Of a DNA stretch of 60,366 bases, positions 9,710 through 18,030 are shown piece by piece; the first letter of the stretch is position 1, and each line of letters begins with the position of its first letter. Under the pieces are notes generated by a model. That model was not told the origin of the DNA. It did not search any database and was given only the letters and a program-made list of their open reading frames with translations. The stretch spans positions 1 through 60,366 of IMG/VR virus record IMGVR_UViG_3300036846_000361; one strand, 5' to 3'. Both the position numbers and the translations under genes were made by a program. The stretch comes from a virus. Lineage: Duplodnaviria; Caudoviricetes.

Positions 9710-10237
9710 CTACAGCTTGGTACGATCGAGGAGCTTAGCCGCGTAGAGGTACATATGAGAGAACGCGCTACGTTCGTGCTGCCTGCCTCGCACCCAGCAA
9801 TCGACAGGCTTCAGCATCTCCTGAGTCTTGTAGCGCGCGGCGGCGGCAGGCTCTTGCCACTGGACCTCGCTGAAGTGCTTGTGGCGTCTGTACGTGTCGT
9901 TGCGGCCAGAGCGGTAACCCTCAAAGGCCCACGCCACACGCTCGGGCGCGGTCGTGTCCTTGCCCGGAGTGGCGTTGGGCACGAGCCGGAAGTCCTCCAT
10001 GACCAGATGCACATGGTCGGCCGAGAGCAGGCTGACCGTGACGCACTGAGTCTTGAACCCGAGCCAGTAGCTCCAGATCAGGCGAGCCTGCTGCATGGGG
10101 TCGCCGGTGATGGTGGCCGAGCCCTTGTGCAGGATCAGGCGCATGCAGTCGGCGGCGAGTCGCTGTGTCGGGTCGATCACGCCCCAGGCAATCCCGGTGG
10201 ACTGCCCAGGGTCGATCGCGAACACACCAATGTTCAT
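9710..10237 (-). CDS. RuvC-like Holliday junction resolvase
   Basis: N-terminal AIDPGQSTGIA, LVMEDF, C-terminal HERSAFSH: RNase H-fold pattern. Confidence 0.75.
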   Translation of the reverse strand: MNIGVFAIDPGQSTGIAWGVIDPTQRLAADCMRLILHKGSATITGDPMQQARLIWSYWLGFKTQCVTVSLLSADHVHLVMEDFRLVPNATPGKDTTAPERVAWAFEGYRSGRNDTYRRHKHFSEVQWQEPAAAARYKTQEMLKPVDCWVRGRQHERSAFSHMYLYAAKLLDRTKL

Positions 10238-10485
10238 TTCGTCTCCTGCCGCAGGGACGAAGCCTCCAACGCCGCACGGGCTTTGCGCGCGACGTGGGTG
10301 AAGCCCGGGTGAGCTATGCCGTGAGCGTTCGACTTCTCAGCGAACTCCTTGATCCAGTCCAGGGCTTCGCGTGCAGCAGCAAGCTCGGCCACGAGACGTT
10401 CCAGTTCAGCCTCCGTGATCCAGGCCGCGCCAGTTGCAAGGATTTCTTCAGGTGTGCGTGCGGCGGTTGCGGGATCGTCGCTCAT
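10234..10485 (-). CDS. Hypothetical protein
   Basis: MSDDPAT... with ATGA overlaps at both ends. Confidence 0.55.
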   Translation of the reverse strand: MSDDPATAARTPEEILATGAAWITEAELERLVAELAAAREALDWIKEFAEKSNAHGIAHPGFTHVARKARAALEASSLRQETK

Positions 10486-10901
10486 GGCTTGTCTTCCTGC
10501 TGCGGCCGAAGATGGCGCATCTCTTGCCCCGTCGAGGGAATACCAGCGTCGAGTCCAAGCGGGTCTGCGCTCTCTTTCTGCTGCGGGGACGAAACCTCCA
10601 ACGCGGCCGTGATCCGGCGAAGGGCAATGTCGCGCTCGTAGATCCACTGGTTGATCTCGCCAGCCGTCGTGTGCGGTCCGATCCCCTCGAACTTGAACTT
10701 CGCCGTCCGGACGAACTCCTTGGCGGCTTCCAGGGCTTGCTCCTGCACGAGAAGCAGGCTGATGTTCCTCAATCCTGCGTCGAGAGTCTCTTTGTAGTCG
10801 CGTTCTGCGGATTCGGACCGACGTTTCCAGTAGGTGACTGCTTCGTTCCATTCTTCGAGCGTCTGCGGCTCCCGCTCGTTGCGTGCGGCGTCGTCAGTCA
10901 T
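10482..10901 (-). CDS. Hypothetical coiled-coil protein
   Basis: 139 aa, ATGA coupling; C-terminus similar to neighbour (ALEVSSPQQKE vs ALEASSLRQE). Confidence 0.6.
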   Translation of the reverse strand: MTDDAARNEREPQTLEEWNEAVTYWKRRSESAERDYKETLDAGLRNISLLLVQEQALEAAKEFVRTAKFKFEGIGPHTTAGEINQWIYERDIALRRITAALEVSSPQQKESADPLGLDAGIPSTGQEMRHLRPQQEDKP

Positions 10902-11143
10902 GGCTGTGGCGGGATAATCAGGGTGTCTTCTTCGTGCGCGCGAGCGGAGACTGACGGTGGGTCATGCTTCTCGTCATCTGTCAGGAAGTAGTCGATCGTC
11001 TTGTGCGCTTGGTCGGCCATGGCGCGAGCTTTCTCGTCGCCGTGTATGGCGATGTAGTGCGACAGCATCTCGCTCGCGCTGACCAGCCGGCCAACCATGT
11101 ACTCATAGTTCGGGTCCTGCGAGAGTTCTCTCAACGGTTTCAT
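10898..11143 (-). CDS. Hypothetical protein
   Basis: MKPLREL... after GGGGGAG; ORF may extend to 11287. Confidence 0.5.
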   Translation of the reverse strand: MKPLRELSQDPNYEYMVGRLVSASEMLSHYIAIHGDEKARAMADQAHKTIDYFLTDDEKHDPPSVSARAHEEDTLIIPPQP

Positions 11144-11279
11144 TCTCCCCCAAAATCTCATGGTGTTGTTACTGTTTGTGTGTTTGTACGTGCTGGGCGG
11201 TAGTGTTCGTTGCAGCCGGAGAACACGGCGAAGAAAAGTCCAAACGCGAACACGCAAAATGCTAGCATTGTGGCCCACC

Positions 11280-11471
11280 TCATCCAATGTGTTCCTTGAT
11301 CTGATATTCGAGCCGCTGTAGGATCTTACAGCGCTCGCACTTGGGCGTGGACTTGCGCTCGATGCAATCGGCCGACCACCAGCCGCCGAGGTTCGGTCGC
11401 TGCTGTGTGCAGGGGATCATGGTTGCGATAAAACTTTTTGCCGCGATCAGGTCACTGGTGAGGTCGGCCAT
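11280..11471 (-). CDS. Small Cys-rich hypothetical protein
   Basis: 63 aa, four Cys including CERC. Confidence 0.5.
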   Translation of the reverse strand: MADLTSDLIAAKSFIATMIPCTQQRPNLGGWWSADCIERKSTPKCERCKILQRLEYQIKEHIG

Positions 11472-11652
11472 GGTTCCTGATGGTGTCCTCGTCGGCGTGG
11501 GTCACGATCACGGTGTTCGGCGGCAGCCAAGGTTCGTAGAGAACTTGTGTGTCGGGATTCATCGCCCTGACAGCCTTGAGCTGGAGCTTGAGCTCCCAGA
11601 GCGTGATCTTGCCATGGGCGATCCGTCTGGTTAGTCCTTCACCAGGCTCCAT
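11452..11652 (-). CDS. Hypothetical protein
   Basis: 66 aa, packed in operon. Confidence 0.45.
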   Translation of the reverse strand: MEPGEGLTRRIAHGKITLWELKLQLKAVRAMNPDTQVLYEPWLPPNTVIVTHADEDTIRNHGRPHQ

Positions 11653-11825
11653 ACGATTTCTCTTTCTCCGTTCGGATACTGCACGACCATGTCGAGGCTG
11701 TCCTCACAGTCGAGGATGAAGATCAGGTACTGCTGGCCGTCCTTGGCCTGCCCGATTGTCTGGACGCGCGTCACGCCAACGGCGAGTCCGGTGCGTTTGT
11801 CGCCCGTGAATACGTCGATGTCCAT
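11631..11825 (-). CDS. Hypothetical protein
   Basis: 64 aa, packed in operon. Confidence 0.55.
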   Translation of the reverse strand: MDIDVFTGDKRTGLAVGVTRVQTIGQAKDGQQYLIFILDCEDSLDMVVQYPNGEREIVWSLVKD

Positions 11826-11828
11826 GGG

Positions 11829-12116
11829 TTAGGCCTGCGCCAGGTCTCGGCGCATACGCTTGAGTGCCCGCTTGGCCTCTGCCGCTTGGTCGTCGCCGTC
11901 GTCCTTGCAGATCCCGTCCGCGATCAGTTCTACCGCGTCGAGCAGATGAGCGACGCCATCGCGGATCTTCTCGATGTCGTACTCGTGGTTGATGTCCTCC
12001 TCGGTGATCGTCGTGATCGCCGTCATGGCCAGCTTGAAGTTCTCGATGCTATCACGCAGCACGATCGAGAACGTGGCCATCAGTTCCATCCTGACCAACT
12101 GCTCACTCCTCTTCAT
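11829..12116 (-). CDS. Hypothetical helical protein
   Basis: MKRSEQ... after RBS AAGGAAAGGA. Confidence 0.6.
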   Translation of the reverse strand: MKRSEQLVRMELMATFSIVLRDSIENFKLAMTAITTITEEDINHEYDIEKIRDGVAHLLDAVELIADGICKDDGDDQAAEAKRALKRMRRDLAQA

Positions 12117-12227
12117 GATTGTCCTTTCCTTCTGTGAGAACCGGAGCGGGGTGGCCCCCAAACTCACACCACCCCGCTCCAGCCGGGGAGAAGCGCCTGG
12201 TTGGCCCTCCAAGGCCGCCCGGCGTCT

Positions 12228-12476
12228 CTAGCTCGATTCTATCCGCTCCGGGTACGTGACGCTAATCGAGCCCTTTCCAGGGATTTCCTCGATGGATGAG
12301 ATCGTCTCCGTGGGGACTGCGACAAAGCGTCGTTCGCTTCTGAAGTTGAACATGGTGTCGTCGGTTTCGAGCGCATTGCGTAGGCGGTCGGTCATCTCTT
12401 GGCTGGGCTCGTCCGAGAACCAAGTGCGCGTGTCGGTCGTTAGGAGTGTGAATGGTTGGAGGTTTGGGTTTGTCAT
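12228..12476 (-). CDS. Hypothetical protein
   Basis: 82 aa, ATGA-coupled to upstream gene. Confidence 0.6.
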   Translation of the reverse strand: MTNPNLQPFTLLTTDTRTWFSDEPSQEMTDRLRNALETDDTMFNFRSERRFVAVPTETISSIEEIPGKGSISVTYPERIESS

Positions 12477-12808
12477 GTTCGCTTGGCCCCGCCAAGTTTG
12501 TACTCGATCGTGTAGCGGATGACCGAATCCATGTTCTCAAGTAGACCTTTGGAATCCAGTTCCTTGAACAACTCAAGCTTTCGTTCTTTCGGCACGAACC
12601 ATCCGTACCAAGTTTTGTTTCTTTTGTCCTCGAACGGCCTGACTTCTCCGCCAAACATCTTGGCGAGATACTCCAGGTGTTTTGGGTGTTTGGCTTCGAT
12701 CGTGACCGCTCCAATATCGCTTGGAGTCCGTAGACCAAAACCAATCATGAACGAGCCGACCAAGATCCCGAGTTCGTGGTCGGTGTACTTCTTTGCCCTT
12801 GCAGGCAT
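12473..12808 (-). CDS. LAGLIDADG-fold protein, apparently lacking catalytic acidic residues
   Basis: ELGILVGSF helix and LEYLAKMFGGEVR...WYGWFV match the LAGLIDADG core pattern; RBS AAAGGAGGGAG. Confidence 0.5.
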   Translation of the reverse strand: MPARAKKYTDHELGILVGSFMIGFGLRTPSDIGAVTIEAKHPKHLEYLAKMFGGEVRPFEDKRNKTWYGWFVPKERKLELFKELDSKGLLENMDSVIRYTIEYKLGGAKRT

Positions 12809-12850
12809 GCTCCCTCCTTTTCTTGTGCGATTGAATCCAACCGCCGACCG

Positions 12851-12856
12851 ATTATA
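12851..12856 (-). promoter_or_regulatory. Candidate -10 box (TATAAT) for the leftward operon
   Basis: Perfect TATAAT on minus strand 42 nt upstream of the 12808 start. Confidence 0.45.
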
Positions 12857-13220
12857 TACCTCCCGGCGCGCGCCCGACCCCCTAGCCCGAAGACAACTGC
12901 TGCTATATAAGAGCATCACTCGCGCGGCGAGAGGGAGATGCCTCGGGCGTACGTTTAATAGGATTTTCTTGTGTTTTTGTGTGTTGAATTGGGGATTTTG
13001 TGTGGTTTTTTTGTATGTAGGCGTGTTTTGACATGATCAGGTTTTTTTCGTGTATGCGATTCAGGAAAAGGTGCGTGGATCCAGCTGGTTTACGATTCGA
13101 CGTGTGTGATTGGGGGCAGATACGGGCGTGAATGGTGGGCAGGCGTGGAAAGTGTGTGTACGCAGGGGAAAGTGCTTGAAGGTTACAAAACAACCATCCG
13201 ACTTGACCGGAGTCCCGTCC

Positions 13221-13254
13221 AAAAAAAAAGCGAGACCCCCGAAGGGGTCTCGCT
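13221..13254 (-). terminator. Intrinsic terminator
   Basis: AGCGAGACCCC-TTCG-GGGGTCTCGCT hairpin followed by a T tract on minus strand, just after the 13280 stop. Confidence 0.9.
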
Positions 13255-13279
13255 CGCCGCTCGCGGTAGCGCGCGGTAG

Positions 13280-13765
13280 CTACCCGGTAGCGACCTCCGC
13301 GCCGGTCTCCGCGACTTCGTCCGTCCGGGTCGCGACCGCTCCGGCCCGCGTCCCGCGACCGGTATAGGAGCGATCGAGGCCGATCGAGGCGGGCGCCTTC
13401 GAGTAGAGGGCGCGAAGGCTCGCGACCGGGATCGTCTCGCGACCGTAGGCCGCGAACCGGTAGGAGAGGACTTCCCACCGCGCGAGCCGTCCCCCGGCGT
13501 CCCGCGCCTTCGCGACGGCCGCCGCGAGGCTACCGCGCTTCGCGACGGGGTTCGCGAGGCCGTTCCCGCGATAGTAGATCGCGGCGACTACCGGGACGAG
13601 CCGCGAGGCCGGGATCCCGGACTTCGCGGCGGCGACCTTCGTCGCGTTCGCGGGGGAGAGGCCGACGCGGAGGACTTCCGGCGTCGCCTTCTTCGTCTCC
13701 GCGCGGAAGGTCGCTTCGGCGGACGCCTTCGCGACTTCGATCGGGGTCTTCGTAGTACGGGCCAT
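13280..13765 (-). CDS. Basic, putative tandem-HTH DNA-binding protein; CA/TG-free gene
   Basis: RBS AAGGAG, own -10 box and terminator; similar to 23570-24052. Confidence 0.8.
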   Translation of the reverse strand: MARTTKTPIEVAKASAEATFRAETKKATPEVLRVGLSPANATKVAAAKSGIPASRLVPVVAAIYYRGNGLANPVAKRGSLAAAVAKARDAGGRLARWEVLSYRFAAYGRETIPVASLRALYSKAPASIGLDRSYTGRGTRAGAVATRTDEVAETGAEVATG

Positions 13766-13809
13766 TTCGGCTCCTTCGTTAGGCGACCGGCGAGCCGTTC
13801 CCGCCGGTT

Positions 13810-13837
13810 CTACCGGGATTCTACCGGACGCTACCGG
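13810..13837 (-). promoter_or_regulatory. Promoter region: three CCGGTAG repeats containing -10 TAGAAT (13818-13823)
   Basis: CTACCGG at 13810, 13821 and 13831 (10-11 bp phase). Confidence 0.55.
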
Positions 13838-14405
13838 GTCGCCGCGTTGAGTTCGCGCGATCTTAATATTCGGCCTCGATGGGCCGCGCGGCGCGATTAG
13901 CGATGAGTTGAGCGGCCGGTACGAAGCTTGATGGTGGTTGTGCCCGAGGTTGCGTTGGGTTGCGGCGAAGCGGATGCCGGCGGATGCCGCCCGGAGCCTG
14001 GCGGCTTCTCAACTCAACTCAATTCAAGGCAACCACGGAAACTGAACCGCAAAAATTGTGCCCTGCACAATGAACCGTGAAGGTTGTGCCAGTATGGTTA
14101 CAACTCAACCCTTATCAGTTCAACACTGAAAACGAAGTCTGGTTGGGTTATGCCTGTACAATTCATGTCAAACCACTAGAAAAGCTTGGTTGAGTTTTGC
14201 CTTGAGTTGAAAAACCACGAACCAGAGCGCGTATCCATGTCATATCAACCAAGAATCGAGTCGCGAAGTGTGTATATCGCAACTCAAATCAGTCGTCGCA
14301 TGTTAAATGATGGCAAAAAAAGGCCACCCAAAATCCACACAAACCCACAAATTCACACCCAAATCAACAGATTTCCAGGCAAAAAAAGTTGACCAACGAG
14401 TTCGG

Positions 14406-14433
14406 TAGGACCACCGTATGTTTACGGTAGAAT
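14406..14433 (+). promoter_or_regulatory. Rightward early promoter (TAGGAC-N16-TAGAAT)
   Basis: Same GG-TAGRRT -10 pattern as 23522 and 27888; a hairpin begins at the expected start site. Confidence 0.55.
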
Positions 14434-14438
14434 CGACC

Positions 14439-15082
14439 CGAGGTCTCCTCCGGAGACCTCGAAGTTGAATCCGAATCTTGAAAACTGACTTGTAGGGAGA
14501 GCGAAAGGGGAATCCCCTTCGCTCATGTTCCCGATTCCGGTAGGCAACTCTCGGAGATGAATCCCGGCGCGTAGGTAAGCGCCGCGCGTAGCGTCCGAGC
14601 CGAGCCGACTACCTCCCGCGACGGAGCGAAAGATGACTAGCGCGGCGGGAGGGACGAGACCGACCCGCTACTCAAGTAGCGTTGAAACGCCGGAATGTGA
14701 GGGCCTCAATCCACCGAGGAAGTAACGCCTATGAGTTGGGGTTCGAGAACCGAACCTTGAAAATGAGATCCCAAGTCCGGACGTAGCGCGCTCGACGACA
14801 TCGCAGCCGCGTACCCCGGAAGTTGACGCGGTTAGCCATACCGCACCAAGGGTAGGCTCGAAACTTGAGACTAGAGCCAAGAGAGAGGACAACTTCCGAC
14901 GGATCAAGAAACGCGCAAGCGTATATTGACCGCGCTACGGGCGGGCTTGAGGGGAAATGGTACCCCCCTCCTTACGGCCGAGCGGAGGGCAAAGGAAAGA
15001 CAATTCGAGCCTTTGCCCTCCGTTCATTAAGTACGGGCCAAGTCAGAAAAAGAGCCCGCATTTAATGAACGGATCCCCGTTC
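14439..15082 (+). ncRNA. Large structured non-coding RNA or structured early leader, unassigned family
   Basis: No convincing ORF; more than 10 hairpins plus long-range pairings 14485-14492/15039-15046, 14782-14790/14931-14939, 14817-14825/14890-14898. Confidence 0.65.
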
Positions 15083-15095
15083 AAAAGGAGGGAAA

Positions 15096-15401
15096 ATGGA
15101 CAAAGCGACCCAACGCCTACGGGCGCAGATCAAGTCCGAGCGTACAAAGAGAGGTCAACTCTCCCCGATTCATCCGAAATGGCTCGGGAAGAAAAACGGA
15201 CCATCTCAGAGAGTAACTCCGACAATCTGCGGCCATATCGAAGGCGGCGAGCAAATCCCGATCAAGCGTAAGCGAAAATCGGACAACTCGTACTATACGG
15301 TGATGATTATCGTTGGCGGAACGAGATGTACGAAACCAAGCGATATTCGGCATCCGCGCTACGGTCACCGTTGCCTCGATCATTCCGGGTGCGCCATCTA
15401 G
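15096..15401 (+). CDS. Basic hypothetical protein with C-terminal Cys/His cluster
   Basis: RBS AAAAGGAGGG; first ORF of the early region. Confidence 0.55.
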   Translation: MDKATQRLRAQIKSERTKRGQLSPIHPKWLGKKNGPSQRVTPTICGHIEGGEQIPIKRKRKSDNSYYTVMIIVGGTRCTKPSDIRHPRYGHRCLDHSGCAI

Positions 15402-15460
15402 CGATGGCCATCCCGGAGTGTCATCGACGACATTCCAATACCAACAAGGAGGGTACCGAA

Positions 15461-15610
15461 ATGGCAACTATCGCTGTCATCAAAACGACAAGCGGAAGTT
15501 ACAACGTCTTTGGAACGGAAGACGAGATGTTCGTCATCCAAGGCAACCTGACCTTCGAGCAACTGAAGAAGCTCAAGGTCGAGGTTGACAAGGCGGTGAA
15601 AGCTCGATGA
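15461..15610 (+). CDS. Early hypothetical protein
   Basis: ATG directly after motif 15448. Confidence 0.7.
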   Translation: MATIAVIKTTSGSYNVFGTEDEMFVIQGNLTFEQLKKLKVEVDKAVKAR

Positions 15611-15876
15611 AAACGGTAACGGTCCATTGTGACGCCGTTGACATCGAGGCGTTGATCGGCGCGGCTGATCTGCCGCTCGATCGGCTTCCCGATGTTCTCA
15701 TCGTGACCAATGATGAGAAGTGGGGCGACATCTTCTGGATCATGCCGGACATTCTCATGTTTGCCGGTGTTCCGGATGACCCTGAGTTGATCACGTTTCA
15801 GCGCGCGGTCGGAAGCGACATCGCAGAAGACGTGATCAACCGCGTTCGACGGATGTTCTGGGCAATTCAGCCGTGA
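15607..15876 (+). CDS. Early hypothetical protein
   Basis: ATGA-coupled. Confidence 0.65.
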   Translation: MKTVTVHCDAVDIEALIGAADLPLDRLPDVLIVTNDEKWGDIFWIMPDILMFAGVPDDPELITFQRAVGSDIAEDVINRVRRMFWAIQP

Positions 15877-15947
15877 TTGCGGGTGCCCGTCGAAAGACGG
15901 CATCCCGGAGTCATCGAACGATGCTCCAGTCCAAAAGGAGGGTACCA

Positions 15948-16208
15948 ATGAAGGTCAAGGCGATTTACCATCAGACCGAACCCGATGGAAAGCTTGTTCA
16001 TGTTGTCGATCATGACAACGGCGGCTTTGTGGTCTCATCGGAGAAGGTCGGCATCGCCGTTCAGAACTTCTTGAACGAAGCGACGAGTCTCGATATGCGT
16101 ACACTTCATACGCATCTGCTCTACGCCTTCAAGGATCGCTTCCAAGAAGAAGCAGACGCAGGCAACCATCCCACCCTGGACAATTGGCGAATCGACGAAC
16201 GGTCATGA
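15948..16208 (+). CDS. Early hypothetical protein
   Basis: ATG after motif 15937. Confidence 0.7.
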   Translation: MKVKAIYHQTEPDGKLVHVVDHDNGGFVVSSEKVGIAVQNFLNEATSLDMRTLHTHLLYAFKDRFQEEADAGNHPTLDNWRIDERS

Positions 16209-16285
16209 CACTCTACATCGTCACGACGTTCGCCATCGTCGCTTGGGGCGCTTTTGTCGCGTCGCTCTTGAGGTGGCTCGGATGA
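16205..16285 (+). CDS. 26-aa membrane peptide
   Basis: MTLYIVTTFAIVAWGAFVASLLRWLG, ATGA overlaps at both ends. Confidence 0.5.
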   Translation: MTLYIVTTFAIVAWGAFVASLLRWLG

Positions 16286-16458
16286 CGCAAATCCTGAAGT
16301 TCAGGGATGAACGCTTTCAACGCTGCCCAGAATGCGGAAGACCAACCGCACTTCTGAACAACGGACGGTTGAGACGACATTTCGTCGTTGACGAGAGCGG
16401 ACGGCATCTCTGCGTCGAACGAGCAATCGACCGGAAAGCATTGCGGGTGACCGGCTGA
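16282..16458 (+). CDS. Small Zn-finger-like protein
   Basis: CPECG...RRH...C pattern. Confidence 0.55.
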   Translation: MTQILKFRDERFQRCPECGRPTALLNNGRLRRHFVVDESGRHLCVERAIDRKALRVTG

Positions 16459-16517
16459 AAAGCCGGCATCCCGGAATGTCAGCCGGCATTTCGAACAACC
16501 CTAAAGGAGGGTACCGA

Positions 16518-17312
16518 ATGATCTATCTCGATGCGGAAGGCAATGAGTGGGAGTTCCGCTACATTGTCACGCAGACCGAGGATGAAGGCCCGGAGCGGTT
16601 GGAGTTTCGGGCACATGATCCGGAGCATCTCGACGACGCCTACAACCCTTGGCGTATTTGGAGCGAGAGCCTGCCGATCCTCAACGAAGCCTACAATCAC
16701 TTCCATGGCTTCTTGATCACGGCCGACATGAACCCGGACAACATCCCGACGCTCGCCGAAGCGTTCAGCAACATCCGACTCATCGCAGAGGAGGAGGACA
16801 ACGAGACGCTCAAGCACATCGGGGACATGGACGAGCCGTTGATCGCGCTCATCCGTGGAGCCCTTGAGGGCGACCTGTCTCCGAGCAATCGGGCGTTGCT
16901 GGCCCATCTCTGCGGCAAGACGATCACACTCGACACTGAGCCCGACGAGTACGAGTACAACGTCTCGCTACACGTCAAGGAGAAGGGCCAAGAAGTGTCC
17001 GAGTACCGGATGGTGATTGATTCCTTCCGGTTGTACTCTGAAAGCCCGTTGAACTTCGCCTTCGACCTCGAAGCGAAGATCATGAACATCGTCAACATGG
17101 GCAAGTATACGCGGCATGAAGTGGTCGCGTGGATCTCAACTGCCTCCGGCGATGAGCACTGGCTCATGACCTGGGCCAATGCGTCTGACCTGATCCTGCT
17201 GGAGCAGGCGTCGGCGCGCGGTTACGACGTCACGAGTCACTTCCAGAGCATCCAGGACGCGATGTCGATCGAAGGTCACAAGTTCGTCCGAGCACGAGCC
17301 GAGCGCAACTAG
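16518..17312 (+). CDS. Acidic early hypothetical protein
   Basis: ATG after motif 16506; 264 aa. Confidence 0.75.
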   Translation: MIYLDAEGNEWEFRYIVTQTEDEGPERLEFRAHDPEHLDDAYNPWRIWSESLPILNEAYNHFHGFLITADMNPDNIPTLAEAFSNIRLIAEEEDNETLKHIGDMDEPLIALIRGALEGDLSPSNRALLAHLCGKTITLDTEPDEYEYNVSLHVKEKGQEVSEYRMVIDSFRLYSESPLNFAFDLEAKIMNIVNMGKYTRHEVVAWISTASGDEHWLMTWANASDLILLEQASARGYDVTSHFQSIQDAMSIEGHKFVRARAERN

Positions 17313-17391
17313 CGCGTTCAGCGGCGGGGCAAGAAGAAAAGCTTGCCCGCGCCGGTGTCCAAAAGGCGCCATAACCAAAGGAGGGTACCGA

Positions 17392-17673
17392 ATGTCGTTT
17401 GTTCCCGATGCACAAGGAACAGCCAAGCGTCGCGAGCAGGATAAGGATATGATCCTGAATCCTGATCGTTGGCCTGTCTGGCCCAAGCTGCCGTTGAAAA
17501 GGCACGGCTATGAGCAGAATCATGGCTTCGCCTTCAACGGAAGCTTGAAAGACGACAACACACGTTCTCGCGTCTACCTGGCGACGATCTTCAGCGCCAT
17601 CGACGATGCGACGCTCTACATCGACTACCCCGACATCGATGCTCTACTCGATGACGGCTGGACGGTGGACTAG
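17392..17673 (+). CDS. Early hypothetical protein
   Basis: After motif 17380; WPVWPKLPLKR...LLDDGWTVD. Confidence 0.75.
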   Translation: MSFVPDAQGTAKRREQDKDMILNPDRWPVWPKLPLKRHGYEQNHGFAFNGSLKDDNTRSRVYLATIFSAIDDATLYIDYPDIDALLDDGWTVD

Positions 17674-17742
17674 TCAGCGGCAGGGGTTCACAGAACCCCT
17701 TGCCGGTGTCCATAAGGCCACCAGACCAAAAGGAGGGTACCA

Positions 17743-18030
17743 ATGGACTTTGTCGGACCAGGCTCCCGTAAAATCGGAGTCGGTTTGATGCGGATGTTCA
17801 AGTCCGGACACGAAGCGGCCAAGGTCTACCAGAAGACCAACGAAGGCATCAAGCTTCGCAAGTATCGCGAAGACAACGCCGACGTGGTAGCCGTCATCGA
17901 GATGGAGTCGTCACGTCCCACCGTCACCCGTACATTGATCGGCGCAGCAGTTGCAGGCCCGGTCGGTGCGATCGTTGGTCTCTCAGCACAGAAGAAGGAG
18001 ACCAAAACCGGGAAGGTGAGGGCAAGATGA
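17743..18030 (+). CDS. Early hypothetical protein with glycine-zipper segment
   Basis: After motif 17732; IGAAVAGPVGAIVG. Confidence 0.7.
   Translation: MDFVGPGSRKIGVGLMRMFKSGHEAAKVYQKTNEGIKLRKYREDNADVVAVIEMESSRPTVTRTLIGAAVAGPVGAIVGLSAQKKETKTGKVRAR

Noticed and set aside
12133-12180. Pseudoknot upstream of the 12116 RBS
   Set aside because: The 12-bp hairpin is real, but linkers are too short for the extra TGTGAG/CTCACA pairing to coexist; at most an alternative fold
12903-13478. 191-aa minus-strand ORF and other ORFs over the 12.9-14.4 kb low-complexity tracts
   Set aside because: Overlaps the real 13280 gene, runs through its terminator, and has composition-driven sequence
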